Shown here one piece after another: positions 51,684 through 64,000 of a stretch of 64,000 bases of DNA. Under the pieces are notes generated by a model. It was not told where the DNA came from, ran no database searches, and saw only the letters and a program-made list of their open reading frames with translations. How positions within the stretch are numbered: the first letter of the stretch is position 1; the number at the start of each line of letters is the position of its first letter. The stretch comes from Octopus sinensis (lineage: Eukaryota). The stretch lies in contig NC_042999.1 of NCBI RefSeq assembly GCF_006345805.1, positions 156,240,001 through 156,304,000 on the forward strand. Direction: 5' to 3'. The position numbers were made by a program, and so were the translations under genes.

Positions 51684-51917
51684 ATTGGTATATATATATA
51701 TATATATATATAAAACTATAAAATTTTACTGGATAAAATTTTTTTGCCAGCTTATTTTGTCTCTGTCTACTCTCCTAGTGCTATATGAACATTTAATGTG
51801 GCTTTAGGGTCAGGTTTTGACTGCTATTTCAGCGTGGTGGTATCTCTCAGATACCCTAATTTATAATTTTAAATAATTTTTACCTTTGTAAGGCTTTTAT
51901 TCCTATGCTGGCTACCT

Positions 51918-51949
51918 GATAAGATCGATATTTAAATATCGATCTTATC
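51918..51949. repeat. Perfect 32-bp palindrome GATAAGATCGATATTTAAATATCGATCTTATC
   Basis: Self-reverse-complementary on direct reading. Confidence 0.9.
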
Positions 51950-52432
51950 CTTATTTATATATATATGCATATATATACAGACAGATAATCTGACAGATGG
52001 ACATAGACTTTGTGTCCTTGTTTGTCTACCTATCTACCTATCATTTTGCCCTCCTTTCTGGCTACAAAACCAAAACACTACTAAGGAATTTACTGTTGGT
52101 TGATTAAAGGGAATGCATATTCTTTTCTACTCTTGGCACAAGGCCCGAAATTTTGGGGGAGAGGGCCAGTCAATTAAATCGACCCTGTATGCAACTGGTA
52201 CTTAATGTATTGACTCCGAAAGGATGAAAGGCAAAGTCGACCTTGGCGGAATTAGAACTCAGAACGTAAAGGCAGACGAAATACTGCTAAGCATTTCGCC
52301 TGGCATACTAACGTTTCTACCAGCTTGCTGCCTTATATTAATTATAAAAATAATGATATTATTATCTTAGGTTAAATAAGTGTTACAGCATATATCATTA
52401 TCATTATCATCACCATCATCATCATTGTTATT

Positions 52433-52469
<37 letters not shown>

Positions 52470-53204
52470 AGGTAGAGAGCTAGCAGAATCGTTAAGTGCG
52501 CTAGATGAAATGCTTAGCAGTACTTCGCCTATCACTATGTTCTGAGTTCAAATTCCGCCAAGCTCGACTTTGCCTTTCATCATTTTGGGGTTGATAAATT
52601 AAGTACCAGTTGAATATTAGGATCAATATAATCAACCCATCCCCTAACCCAAAACTGCTGCCCTTGTGGAAAATTTTGAAATTATTATTATTGAGTGAGA
52701 GAGCAGAGCATGCCATCAAAGTGACACTGGAGTAAAATATACAAAGCCCAGTATACTAATCATGACTACCTGTCTGATAAGGGTACACTAGGCACATGCA
52801 TCACAACCATATGTGCACGACATGGTGATCTCATATCAAGATAAACAGCACATGACCTTGCAGGTGGGGCCCAGTTAGAATTTTCTTCCGGTCAATTAAC
52901 CCATCTCACTCAAAAGGTCCCTGAATAAGGGTTGTAAAAGGATGTTGAACAAAACACCCATGTTTCCAGCGATGAACTATTCAAACCCCAAAGAATCCCT
53001 CTCAACACATGGCTATGATGCTCCCCAACTACTTCTGCTTGTGGTCAGAGATGCACATATCGTCAGCCACTAAGGGACATGCTCAACTGGTTAAGGTCAA
53101 ACAACTGACAAACAAGCAAATCTGTGATATTGAGCAGAATATTTGCTGTATCCCATCTTTTATACCAAGACATGAGAGCCACTGCCTGGTATTGCACCAG
53201 GTCA

Positions 53205-53249
53205 TTCATCATCATCATCATCATCACCACCACCACCATCACTACCACC

Positions 53250-53292
<43 letters not shown>

Positions 53293-53295
53293 CTA
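53205..53295. repeat. (CAT)n/(CAC)n trinucleotide microsatellite
   Basis: Direct reading; accounts for the poly-His, poly-Met and poly-Ile ORFs. Confidence 0.95.
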
Positions 53296-54042
53296 TTGTT
53301 ATTTAAAACGGGTAAGGTTTTTGTTTTTCTCTCAATTTATTGAATTTATATATTTTAAAAAATTGGGGGCGGGGGGGGGGCAGTATTTTGGCCTGAAATG
53401 AAAATGTATTTGTTAATAATAATCTTTGAATGTATTTTCCATTTTGGAATTTTCTTTTCTTTCCTTTGTCTTGTTTTTTTGGGGGGGTTTTTTTTGGTGG
53501 TGGTGGGGGGGAGATATTTTACTTTGTAAAACAACAAAAACTTAAAAATTAACAAAAGCGACAATCTGATGCAATCACTCTACCTTGAAAATTCAGGAGT
53601 AAATTAAATGTCATTCAACAACATATAAAAAAATGTATGACAATAACAACACGTTTTTATATTTGAAACCAACACAATCGATCTCAGTCAATATTAGTGT
53701 CAATATGTGTGTGTGTGTGTGTGTTATAATACAGTTTGACTCAGATCTATGTGTCATAAAGTTTTGTGGGTGTCGTACATAATACATAACTTTAAATCAA
53801 AAATGTCATCAAATAATATATGTAACCCATACAAAATGTACAACATGCTACTATCTCTTGTTTGTCCTTTTACTTGTGTGTGTGTGTGTGGGATGAAGTT
53901 TGTTTTCTAAGCATAAGTTTCTGGGTTTAGTACCACTGTTTAGCAACTTTGGCAAGTGTCATCTACAATAGCTCTGGGACAATTAAAGCCTTGTGAGTGG
54001 ATTTAGAAGATGGAAACTGAAAGAAGCCCATTGTATATATAT

Positions 54043-54113
<71 letters not shown>

Positions 54114-54145
54114 CCAAAAAATAAGCAACAAGAATGGATCGGTAG

Positions 54146-54231
54146 TTTAGTACAATTGTTTCATACTATAAACATTTTATTAAAGCTGCAAATATTACAG
54201 CAAATATAATGTCAAGTAATCTTCAGCTAAA
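54146..54231 (-). ncRNA. Type I hammerhead ribozyme motif (Penelope-like repeat), predicted cleavage after GUA
   Basis: Minus strand reads UUUAG-CUGAAGA-U-UACU...AGUA-U-GAAA-CAAUUG-UA-CUAAA. Stem I UUUAG/CUAAA, palindromic stem III ACAAUUGU, stem II extended by ACAUU/AAUGU. Confidence 0.65.
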
Positions 54232-54390
54232 TTTCATATAGGTTTTCCAAACATCTTAGAGAGTATAAATATACTTATAAAGTTATTGATGTGAGTTCCA
54301 GGAACTTGAAGTAAGATTCCAAGCAGACCATATATGTATTCCAACAATACAAAGTTCTTAAATTAATTATTGACATCCCAGTGATGTATA

Positions 54391-54496
<106 letters not shown>

Positions 54497-54567
54497 ATGT
54501 GACCGCATGTGTATTGTTGGTGATTTTCTTTCTCCGTCTTCCTTCTTTGGATCTTTCCTTTTCCTAT

Positions 54568-54602
54568 GTTTCTGACGAAGAGCTCTGCTCGAAACGTTAA
54601 AC
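54568..54602 (+). ncRNA. Minimal type I hammerhead ribozyme motif, predicted cleavage after GUU
   Basis: GUUU-CUGACGA-A-GAGC-UCU-GCUC-GAAA-CGUU-AAAC. Stem I GUUU/AAAC, stem II GAGC/GCUC, self-complementary ACGU stem III (dimer type). Confidence 0.65.
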
Positions 54603-54719
54603 CCTCCTTCTTTCTTTCCTTTCCTGAGCATCCAATAATATAATATAATGAAATTATTGTATACTATATTTGTTCCACGTCCTCGTGTTGTCGTGTTTTC
54701 TCTTTGTTCATGTTTCGAT

Positions 54720-54761
<42 letters not shown>

Positions 54762-57741
54762 CACACACACACACATACACACACACAGTAGCAATGCATC
54801 TCGGCGTTGCCCAGGTGTTATGACCTACACCCACATCGTATTATTTGTTCTTTTCTTATGGGCAGAATCTGCACAGCTGATACATAGTGAACTGGATTAC
54901 TAGTGTAACGGAAGTTATTGTTTGTTTAAAAGTGAATGTGGGGGAGGGTACAATTTGCATGGAAGTGCTTTCTGTTCTTAAAAAGGATCACAAACTATGT
55001 ATTGTTTCATTGTATAAAAGGGGGTTAATACGATTTTGTCTAGAAATCATTCTTTCAAAATTTTAATTTCCCTGTCGTAATTTTTTAATTTGTAACTTTT
55101 TGGAATTTTTTTGTTTTCTTATCCACATAAAAAAATTCAGAGATTACAAACCTGGGACATATATAAATTTTTTAAGGATTAATTTTTTCTTAAAGAAAAA
55201 TTCAAAGCCCCTTCCCCTACCTTGCCCACCCATCACCTACCCACTTTCAAAAAAGAACCTCCCAGTGTTTTACTTTCATCTGATGTTTCATGCATGCATA
55301 GAATAGTACTGAAATAGCAGATGTAAAAAAATACCAGACCACCACCAGAAAAACCCAACATGCTAGAAACAACAGGTAAACAACATTAATACTAAAGAAA
55401 CTTCCTCACTTTCCAAAAAGCTAAAAGTGAAAAATTGGGAGTTTGTAGCTTTTTGAAAGCGGTGAGATGCTGGGTGGATGTTTGGGATGGAAATTTTAGT
55501 GTTTCTTTAAGAAAAAAGGAAGAAGAAAATTCTTAAAGATTCATACTGTTTTTTCTCCATGGATTACCAAGATAAAAATTGGGAAAGAAGTTTAAAAAAA
55601 TGGAGAAGGAGAAAATTAAAATATTGAGAACATGTTTTTTGGGCGAACTCCTAATCTGTATTGAAAACATAGGTGTCAGAAGAAATTTAGGAAAAAAATA
55701 AAGCAGTGGTGTGGCACAGATGTTACCTCGGACATGCTAGAAACAACAGGTAAAGGACAGGATTTCTGGGAAAACTTCCTTTTAAGTTTATATTGCAGAT
55801 CAGGTTTTTAAATACGCTCATCACAAACACAAATTACAGAATGGAAATAGTTATTTCAGTTGGATTTGAGCTGTAATTTTGTGAGAGCACACAAAAAAAT
55901 AACATAATTTGTACAGAAGTTTTACCTAGAGTGTGTGTGTGTTTGTGAGCGACACAGGAAGTTATTTTTTATGACATTCTTTCGTTTGAAGCAGCGAAGT
56001 TGTCAACCTGATCATACGGTCGATCATATGATTGTTCACTAATTTCTGGTAAAATTTTTTAATTTCTTTATGCTTTGAAAAGAGCAGAAACTGAAAGAGA
56101 GGAGAAAGGGAAAAGGTGACATTTGCTTTGAAGTGAAGACAGAAAGTGAAAGAGAGGAGAAAGTGTAAGATGTATGTATATGCATATGAAATGAACGCAT
56201 GTCTGTATGTCTGTGTGTGCGTGAGAAAGAGTGTATGTAAGTGGCACTCATTTACTCTTTCTCTCTCACACACACACTCTATCTTTCATATACACAAACA
56301 TAAATACACATGCATACATCATTTTTGTATGTATGTGTGCATGTACATGTGAGAGAGTGAGTGACTGTGTTTCTTCATAACATATAGAGAAATTGGATGT
56401 CTTTTAATGAAATTTTCTTTGGTTGTGGCTTATTTCAAAACAATATTTATGTGTACATTTTCATAAATGTTTGTCTGAGTTGAATTCTACACATGGGTGA
56501 AACATCGAATGAAAGTGAAACATTAGAAACAAATCGAAATATTGCCTGAAAATGACCTCAGAATTATGTGACTTGACCTTGTATCCGTGATTATTATTTT
56601 AGTTGTAAAAAAAGAGTTGCTGTGCCAAAAACATAGTGTATTTGGTAGCCTCTATATATAGATAGTTGAATAGCAGCTTTCTTTGTTATAGTACAGATGT
56701 AACTAATTCAGAGAAACATTACTTTCATTATTCATACATTGTCACTCTCATAATGCAACATTTAGTAGTTTTGATTCAAATTGAAAGAGTGAAACTGCTT
56801 TCACTTTCTAATGAAAGCTGATTGCTATAGAGCAGTGTCTTTCAAATAATTATAGCTGGTTGTTGAGATAACCTAAAAAAATATGTAAATGAAAATATAA
56901 TTTATTTGGTAGCTAAATGATTACTGAATCCTTTGATACCCCATATGTCAAAATTGGCAACTCAGTTTATGAATGCATATGGAATACACACACACAAACT
57001 CTCTCTCTCCCCCCTCTCTCTCTATGTACCGTCAGACTGGTCCTTGTGCCGGTGGCACGTAAAAGCACCCACTATACACTCGGAGTGATTGGCGTTAGGA
57101 AGGGCATCGAGCTGTAGAAACTCTGCCAGGTCAGATTGGAGCCTGGTGCAGCCATCTGGTTCGCCAGTCCTCAGTCAAATCGTCCAACCCATGCTAGCAT
57201 GGAAAGCGGACGTTAAATGATGATGATCATGATGATGATATATATATATATATATATATATATATGGGGTATCAAAGGATTCAGTAATCATTTAGCTACC
57301 AAATAAACTATATTTTCATTTACATATTTTTTTAGGTTATCTCAACAACCAGCTATAGGCGCAGGAGTGGCTGTGTGGTAAGTAGCTTGCTAACCAACCA
57401 CATAGTTCCGGGTTCAGTCCCACTGCGTGGCATCTTGGGCAAGTGTCTTCTGCTATAGCCCCGGGCCGACCAATGCCTTGTGAGTGGATTTGGTCGACGG
57501 AAACTGAAAGAAGCCTGTCATATATATGTATATATATGTGTATGTGTGTGTTTGTCCCCCTAGCATTGCTTGACAACCGATGCTGGTGTGTTTACGTCCC
57601 CGTAACTTAGCGGTTCGGCAAAAGAGACCGATAGAATAAGTACTGGGCTTACAAAGAATAAGTCCTGGGGTCGATTTGCTCGACTAAAGGCGGTGCTCCA
57701 GCATGGCCGCAGTCAAATGACTGAAACAAGTAAAAGAGTAA

Positions 57742-57772
<31 letters not shown>

Positions 57773-58439
57773 TATAGTGATGGAGGTTGAAATCAGCGTT
57801 GATATGACTCCATCTCGCTTGCCGCAGGGAGCTTGTGTCCCTTATCACTCATTAGAAAATGTGGTGTCACATGGCTAGGAGTTGTTTTGGCTCCTATTTC
57901 TAGCAATGCTGGTGCTGACTAGCACCCTCCATCACTTTAATGACGATTATATTTGTTGCCTTTCAGTTGTAAATTGCGAATAGCCACCTTAATAATACAC
58001 ACACACACACACATTAATATAAACAGTTAAGTACAATGTGATACCATAAAGGAAAAATTCAGTCGTCACTAAGTGCGACTAAGGGTGCCAATGCACCTAC
58101 ATTGCCAACCGCCCCATGCCAACTCCTCGGCATTAGACGGTTAGTTCCCCTGTCAGTATGTATCTGTTCTCTTCCGACAACATTAAGAGTATTTTAGCTC
58201 TTATTTCTAGCAATGTAGATGCGTCTGTAGACTTAGTCACACTTGATGACGATTATATATATACATGTGTTTGTCCCCCGCTACGGCTTCACAACCGGTG
58301 TTGGTGTGTTTACGTCCCCGTAACTTAGCGGTTCAGTTAAGAGTTCGATAGAATAAGTACCAGGTTTAGAAAATAAAAAGTCCTACAACGACTACCTAGC
58401 AAAGTAAATAAAACACAAAATAAATATTATTTTTACACA

Positions 58440-59170
58440 AAGTAAATAAAATACAAAAACACAATGTAAGGATCGACTAGTCACGACTAGCTAGCGCGGA
58501 TGCGCGACTACGCGAGTGCGCGCACCGGGACCACTCTTCGTAAGTAGTACTCAAATCAACGTCGCCTGAACAGGAGAGGGGCACATCAGACGTTAAAGTG
58601 ATCGCAAAACAACGTGAAATGGGCGATGCTTCGGTATAGGTACACACATGACTTTGTTTACATTTCTGAGGATAAACAGAAACCCTTTTCTCCCACCCCT
58701 AACCCTAACCCTAACCCCCCATATATATAAAAAAAAACACTTTCTTGAAATGTATCCGGTACATATATACATATATACATATATACCGGTATATATATAC
58801 ATATTCCCGATGTGAATTTTCCGAGGCCTCTGCCCCACTCCCCTTTCGCGTGCGCGCATTTTTTTTTCATATTCGTTCAGAGGAAGTTGTTTTACACCTA
58901 TTACACACAATTTTTTTTGTTTTTTTGAATGGTGTAACGCTTTAGTTTAACCCATATACCGAAGTTACGCCCGTGAAATGAAGTGTTTTACTGAAGAATT
59001 CGACGCACCGCCCGGTCCGAGAACGAAACCGCGATCTCTGGATTGCGAGTGCGACACCTCTAACCGTTAGGCCACATGCTTTCCAGTATCGACAGAGCAG
59101 ACGTATATAAAGAAACGACACCGGTAGGAAGTGACGTAAATTGTATCTCTCGAAGTAAACTTCCGCTTTC
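58440..59170. promoter_or_regulatory. CpG-island-like promoter region
   Basis: Dense CpG (GCGCGGATGCGCGACTACGCGAGTGCGCGCACCGGG). GTAAGT donor-like site at 58540-58545. ETS+CRE composite GGAAGTGACGT near 59127-59137. Confidence 0.6.
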
Positions 59171-59406
59171 ATTGTTATGTTTCCACAAATTATCGGGAGA
59201 CATTAATTCACATTGTCAAAATAAATCGAAAATATATATATATAAATACTAATAACAGTAAGATGGAAAGGTTAAAAGTTCAAAGACTTATTCAATCTCA
59301 TTTGACTGAAAAGGATTTACAGGTATAACCTTTACTGAACAGTTTTACTGAACGGAATCTTAAACGCTATTTGAAAGCTTCGTGTCTTAAAAAGTTTTGC
59401 TCATTT

Positions 59407-59512
59407 TTAGGATCATTTATTTACCAGCTGACTTTAGGATTATTTACCACCTGAATTTAGGATTAATTACTTTACCACCTGAATTTAGGATCGTTAATTT
59501 ACTACCTGAAGT
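59407..59512 (+). repeat. Four imperfect ~23-28-bp tandem repeats (TTAGGAT..TTTACCACCTGAAT)
   Basis: Direct reading, immediately 5' of the 86-aa ORF. Confidence 0.8.
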
Positions 59513-59516
59513 GAAC

Positions 59517-59777
59517 ATGGATCAGCTACTTGTGACAGAACAGATGCGAGAAGCACAGTCAAAGTTTGAAAAAGCTTGTCATCAAATTGTGTTGCTTGAT
59601 CAGAAGATACGGGACTTGGAGGTGCGTTATAAAAGAGCAGTGAAAAATAAGAAAAATTCTTTTCGGTATAATCTAAGATTACGTTTGTCTGTTGTAACGG
59701 GTGTAAAGATGATGTATCACCATTATGCCAGTACCAAAGCTGAGGAATTGGACTTACTCCGGCGCCAGATAGTCTGA
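59517..59777 (+). CDS. Uncharacterised 86-aa single-coding-exon coiled-coil protein, MDQLLVTEQMREAQSKFEKACHQIVLLDQKIRDLEVRYKRAVKNKKNSFRYNLRLRLSVVTGVKMMYHHYASTKAEELDLLRRQIV
   Basis: Non-repetitive ORF, GC-richer than its flanks, AACATGG start context, heptad-like amphipathic pattern, downstream of a CpG island. No family name can be assigned without a search. Confidence 0.7.
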   Translation: MDQLLVTEQMREAQSKFEKACHQIVLLDQKIRDLEVRYKRAVKNKKNSFRYNLRLRLSVVTGVKMMYHHYASTKAEELDLLRRQIV

Positions 59778-60753
59778 GAGACTCGACGACAAAACAAACA
59801 AACAACCACGGGAAAATCAAGTTGAATAAATGATTTATCTATCTATCTATCTATCTATCTATCCATAATGACGAACTTCTAAAAAAAATTTGTGAGGAAG
59901 TGAAAAAAAAAAAAAGCTAAGAAGAAATGTTTTAAAATGACAAAAAAAAAAAAAGATAAATATTAAAAAAATTTTTTAAATGAAAAGAGAAAAAATTAAA
60001 TTATAAATATTTCATAGGAATTATATAATTTTTTTTCCGCTTGTTTTAATACCAAATGCTGCTATGATGAAAAAGGGAGGAAAAAACCCCTCACACAGAA
60101 AAAAAAATCCCACCACACCTTACACTCTGCTCATCTGGCAGCTGTTCTTTGTTCTTCCAACTAAACAGTGACCATGGTGATAATTCATAATAAAATGCCT
60201 TTCTGTTCTACTCCATTCAAGAATATATATCCATATATATATATATATATATATATATGGATATATTCTGGAACATCTATCTATGCATGAACACCAATCC
60301 TCACCCGACTGATAAGTTTGTAGTTTACAAATACACAACTGTCTTGTGTCTAAGAGGAAGCCATACTCGCAACATGTTTTTCAACTCAAAATGTATGTGT
60401 GTATATATATATGTATATATATACAAAAGCTCTATTAAAAAAAAAATTAATGCTCCCCTATCATATTTTTACCAAAAACCCCAACTGGATCCTTCAACAC
60501 AAATCATACTGATTCTCTTAGAACCCATGAATACATGCAGTTTCGTTGTCATGACATTGTGTACTAAATCACTCTCCCCTCTGACGAAGAACGATGTGCT
60601 TCGGACACGAATACATATGTCACCGTGTCATCTGTTCGATCTCAGAGACATTATCTTACCTGGTCACCTATTCGTTCTTTCGATTGTCCTTATTACATTG
60701 AATGTTTTTCGATAAGTAATGACTGCCAACTAAGATCATTATGTTTTTGTTTC

Positions 60754-60785
<32 letters not shown>

Positions 60786-63280
60786 AATAGTAGTGCTATT
60801 GTCAATTTCCATTTTTTTTTCGTTTTTCTGCATTCATAATACACGAGTCCCTCATATTTTATTTTGGCCGCGACGGTCTGTTTCTCCCCTGAGTTTCGCC
60901 TGTGGGAATACAGGGAAGACCCTGTGCATCCACAGAAAAAAACTCCGAGTAGCAAGGGACTGACTCGACCAAAATAAAATATGGCATTCCTAAGATATTT
61001 TATTAATTTCTATGATATTCCGACAGTCAACACAAAATGTGGGTGACACACAGTGATATGTATGTAAAATTGTTCACATGAAATTGAAATTTCGGGAATA
61101 TTCTGTGGGGAGGCAAGAAGTTTATGAATCTATAGCAGATCCTAATTTTTAATTCGATTAGAATTTATTGTCTCATGTTGAATAAAAATTTTACAGTTTA
61201 GTTTCACCTCTGTACATCTGATTTCAAATCCCACTAGAGATGGACTTTGTATTTAAGCCCTGCGTGGGGTTTATAAGCAGTAACAGTTATGAACTGAAAT
61301 CTAGTTGCTTAAAGCTGTCCCTCAGATATTAAGCCTTGTATCTGATTGAAATAATTTGATCGCATCGATCTCAGTACTTAGTTTATGCTTTCTCTTCCTC
61401 CTCTATGTAACAGCTTATCGAACAACCAACCCCTAAACCTCCTATGCTTGTCTTAAACAGATATATAGCAATATTTTATAGAAAGTAATGCTGTATGATA
61501 ATCAATCATTTTCATTTTAATGTGTAGAATCATACATAAATATGCTCCAAACTTTTTTTTTTCTCTTTTTACTTTGCATCAAAATTACAAATATTGGGTT
61601 CTAACTCCAATGAGGGTAGATTGTAGACCCAACCGTTTGTCATTTTGTTACAAGGATAAATATTTGGAGCATATTTTATATCATCAACATCAAATATCGA
61701 CTCATTCAGGACTGAAATATCTGGAGTGTTGGATCAAAGCTGAAAGACATCATTTAGTTATCATTTTAGCTGTATCAAATGTCCATGTATTTCTTGTTTA
61801 TACTCTTTTCAGCTCTATTCAAACATTTCAGCTATCACCATTCTATCTTTTTTTCTCTTCCTCCTCCAGACATGCTGTATCAAGGAATACGTCCTTTTCA
61901 CTTTTTTCTTTTTTTAATGAGTGGTTTGATTTGACATAGATTTGGTTTCTGTTCTGCACAAGTTAACCCATTATTATAGGTAGAGCTCACTGTGTTCCTA
62001 TTATGGGCTTGCTGTGATAAATAAGATTTTGTCCCTATTCTAAAACTAAATTGTTTGATGAGGTGCATAAGTCTGGCTGCAGAATAGAACAGGTTGTGTA
62101 ACAGGTTCTCTTGGTGGCTCATATTTCTTACATAGTTATTTTAAATTTTAACACTGTCTCTGAGGCCATCAAATTACCAATGTCATCAGTGTGGGCTTTG
62201 GGGTTTGCTTGTTTCACATTCTTGATTCTAACTTCTGCTAATCCCTACTCTAGAACCTCTTTAGTTGTATTTAGGTGTGAGATTAAAACACATGTATCAG
62301 ACAATGAAGACATTCCATGCAAGAGAAATGTCATTTTTATTTTCACATTTTTTGGGTTTTTTTTACACCCTTTGGATGGTTTCAGAAGCATAGCAGTTTC
62401 TCTTTGAGGAGGGGTTACTTGCCCCTTGCTCAATCCATCTGCATTTCTGGAGAGAGGAAAGCTGAGACAACTGGATGCTGATGATTTGGTATAGCTAATT
62501 GGGTGTTCAACCTGTTTTGGTGCTGGAGGCAAACACTCACATTTCTATATGTGCAGAAATATATAAATAGAAAGAGTGAGCAGAGAGTGTTGATTCAGTG
62601 ACACCAAAATGGATGTGTTGTAATATCTCATACCCAGCTGAAGTGTCTTGCACAATCCTTCTTTTGGTGCAACCTAGCCAATTCATGAACAAGAATAGAC
62701 TGAAATAAGTACTTGGTTGGTTATTTATTTATTGACTCCAGTGGGACAAAAAAATAACAAAGTTGGCATCATTGGGATTTGAACACAGAGCATAGAGATC
62801 TGGAATGAATACCTCAATAAAACTATAAATTAGAAATTTACAGGAATAATTGTTCAGAGATGTTGATGTTCATGTCTTTGAAATGTGTTTCATGTTAACC
62901 CATTAATGCCCATGGTCCTTTCTTTAAGACCAGAAAGGTAACCCAACATTTTTCTGTAACACCTGTATTTTTCTAAGATACCTTTAGTTAGTCATCAAGA
63001 CTGGAGTGTCTTTCAAATATTGTAATAAAAATTTTTAATAAATTTAGTATCAGATAAATTTGTATGAAAATAGATTTTTGGTAATAAATTAAATTAAAAA
63101 AATTGGGGCTTGTAGAATGAAATTTTAATATTTTAAGAAATTCTAATATTCCAGTTATTATTTCTTGTGGAAAGGCACAAATACTCCAATGTCTTATTCC
63201 CCTCCTTCCCTGTAAATAAGTGATCAAATGTGTTCCACCTACAGCAACTCTGACATTGTCCAATATTTTATTTTCCATTT

Positions 63281-63540
63281 GGGCCTGGTGCCTAGAGTAG
63301 AAAAGAATAAATTAAGTACCAGTTGCATGCTGCTGGGGTCAATCTAATTGACTGCCCCCTTCCCCAAAAACTTTGGGCCTTGTGCCTAGAGTAGAAAAGA
63401 ATTAAGTACCTGTTGCATGCTGGGGGCGATCTAATCGACTGCACCTCTCCCCCAAAATTCATACCTTGTGCCTAGAGTAGAAAAGAATAAATTAAGTACC
63501 AGTCAAGTACTAGAATCAATGTAATCAACTAGCCCCTACT
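63281..63540 (+). repeat. Three ~90-bp tandem copies of a SINE 3' segment
   Basis: GTGCCTAGAGTAGAAAAGAAT...AAGTACC recurs three times. Confidence 0.8.
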
Positions 63541-64000
63541 CCTCAAATTTCAGGCCTTGTTACTATAGTAAAGATAATTATTATTATTCAAGGATAGATT
63601 GATTGAATATTGGAGTGTTTAGCAAAATGCCTTGTGGTATTTCATTATGGCCCTTTAAGTTTCTGAGTGCAGGCCCTACCAAGCTTAACTTTGCATTTCA
63701 CTCTTCTGAGTACTAATCAAGTATTGGAGTCTCAACCTAAATTTCTGTCTTGCTTATTTAAGAAATTATTATGCACAGGAGTGACTGTGTGGTAAGTAGG
63801 TTGCTTACCAACCACATGGTTCCAGGTTCAGTTCCACTGCGTGGCCACTTGGGCAAGTGTCTTCTACTATAGCCTCGGGCTGACTAAAGCCTTGTGAGTG
63901 GATTTGGTAGACGGAAACTGAAAGAAGCCCATCGTATATATATATTTATATATGTTTGTGTCTGTGTTTGTCCCCACAACATTGCTTGACAACCGATGCT

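Noticed and set aside
53009-53401. Poly-His, poly-Met and poly-Ile proteins
   Set aside because: Translations of a (CAT)n microsatellite; the same applies to the HT/YI-rich ORFs at 21-304, 1838-2237, 54381-54903 and similar sites.
58697-58717. Interstitial telomere or chromosome fusion site
   Set aside because: Only three hexamers and no inverted partner.
60581-60612. Further hammerhead-like motif CTGACGAAGAACGATGTGCTTCGGAC
   Set aside because: GAAA is replaced by GGAC and the stems are weak; at best a dead relic.

Overview
AT-rich, repeat-dense animal genomic DNA, most likely Octopus (inferred from the SINE/RTE-LINE repertoire and microsatellite load). One complete host gene is recoverable on the minus strand: IFT27/RABL4, 7 coding exons spanning 44401..2356, 187 aa, all GT-AG introns. 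Its 27-kb intron 2 holds a 14.3-kb array of about 146 copies of a 98-bp unit amplified from the 3' UTR of an RTE LINE. The unit occurs as two variants that are the two opposite deamination products of one ancestral CpG. The array is bracketed by an ~880-bp inverted templated insertion with a 10-bp target-site duplication (TSD). Upstream of IFT27 lie a nest of DNA transposons (MULE/Merlin-like element containing a hAT-Buster relic and nested foldback elements), a perfect 213-bp palindrome, and several Penelope-type minimal hammerhead-ribozyme motifs. A CpG-island region precedes an uncharacterised 86-aa coiled-coil ORF. All calls were made by eye without database searches; repeat boundaries are approximate unless a TSD is quoted.
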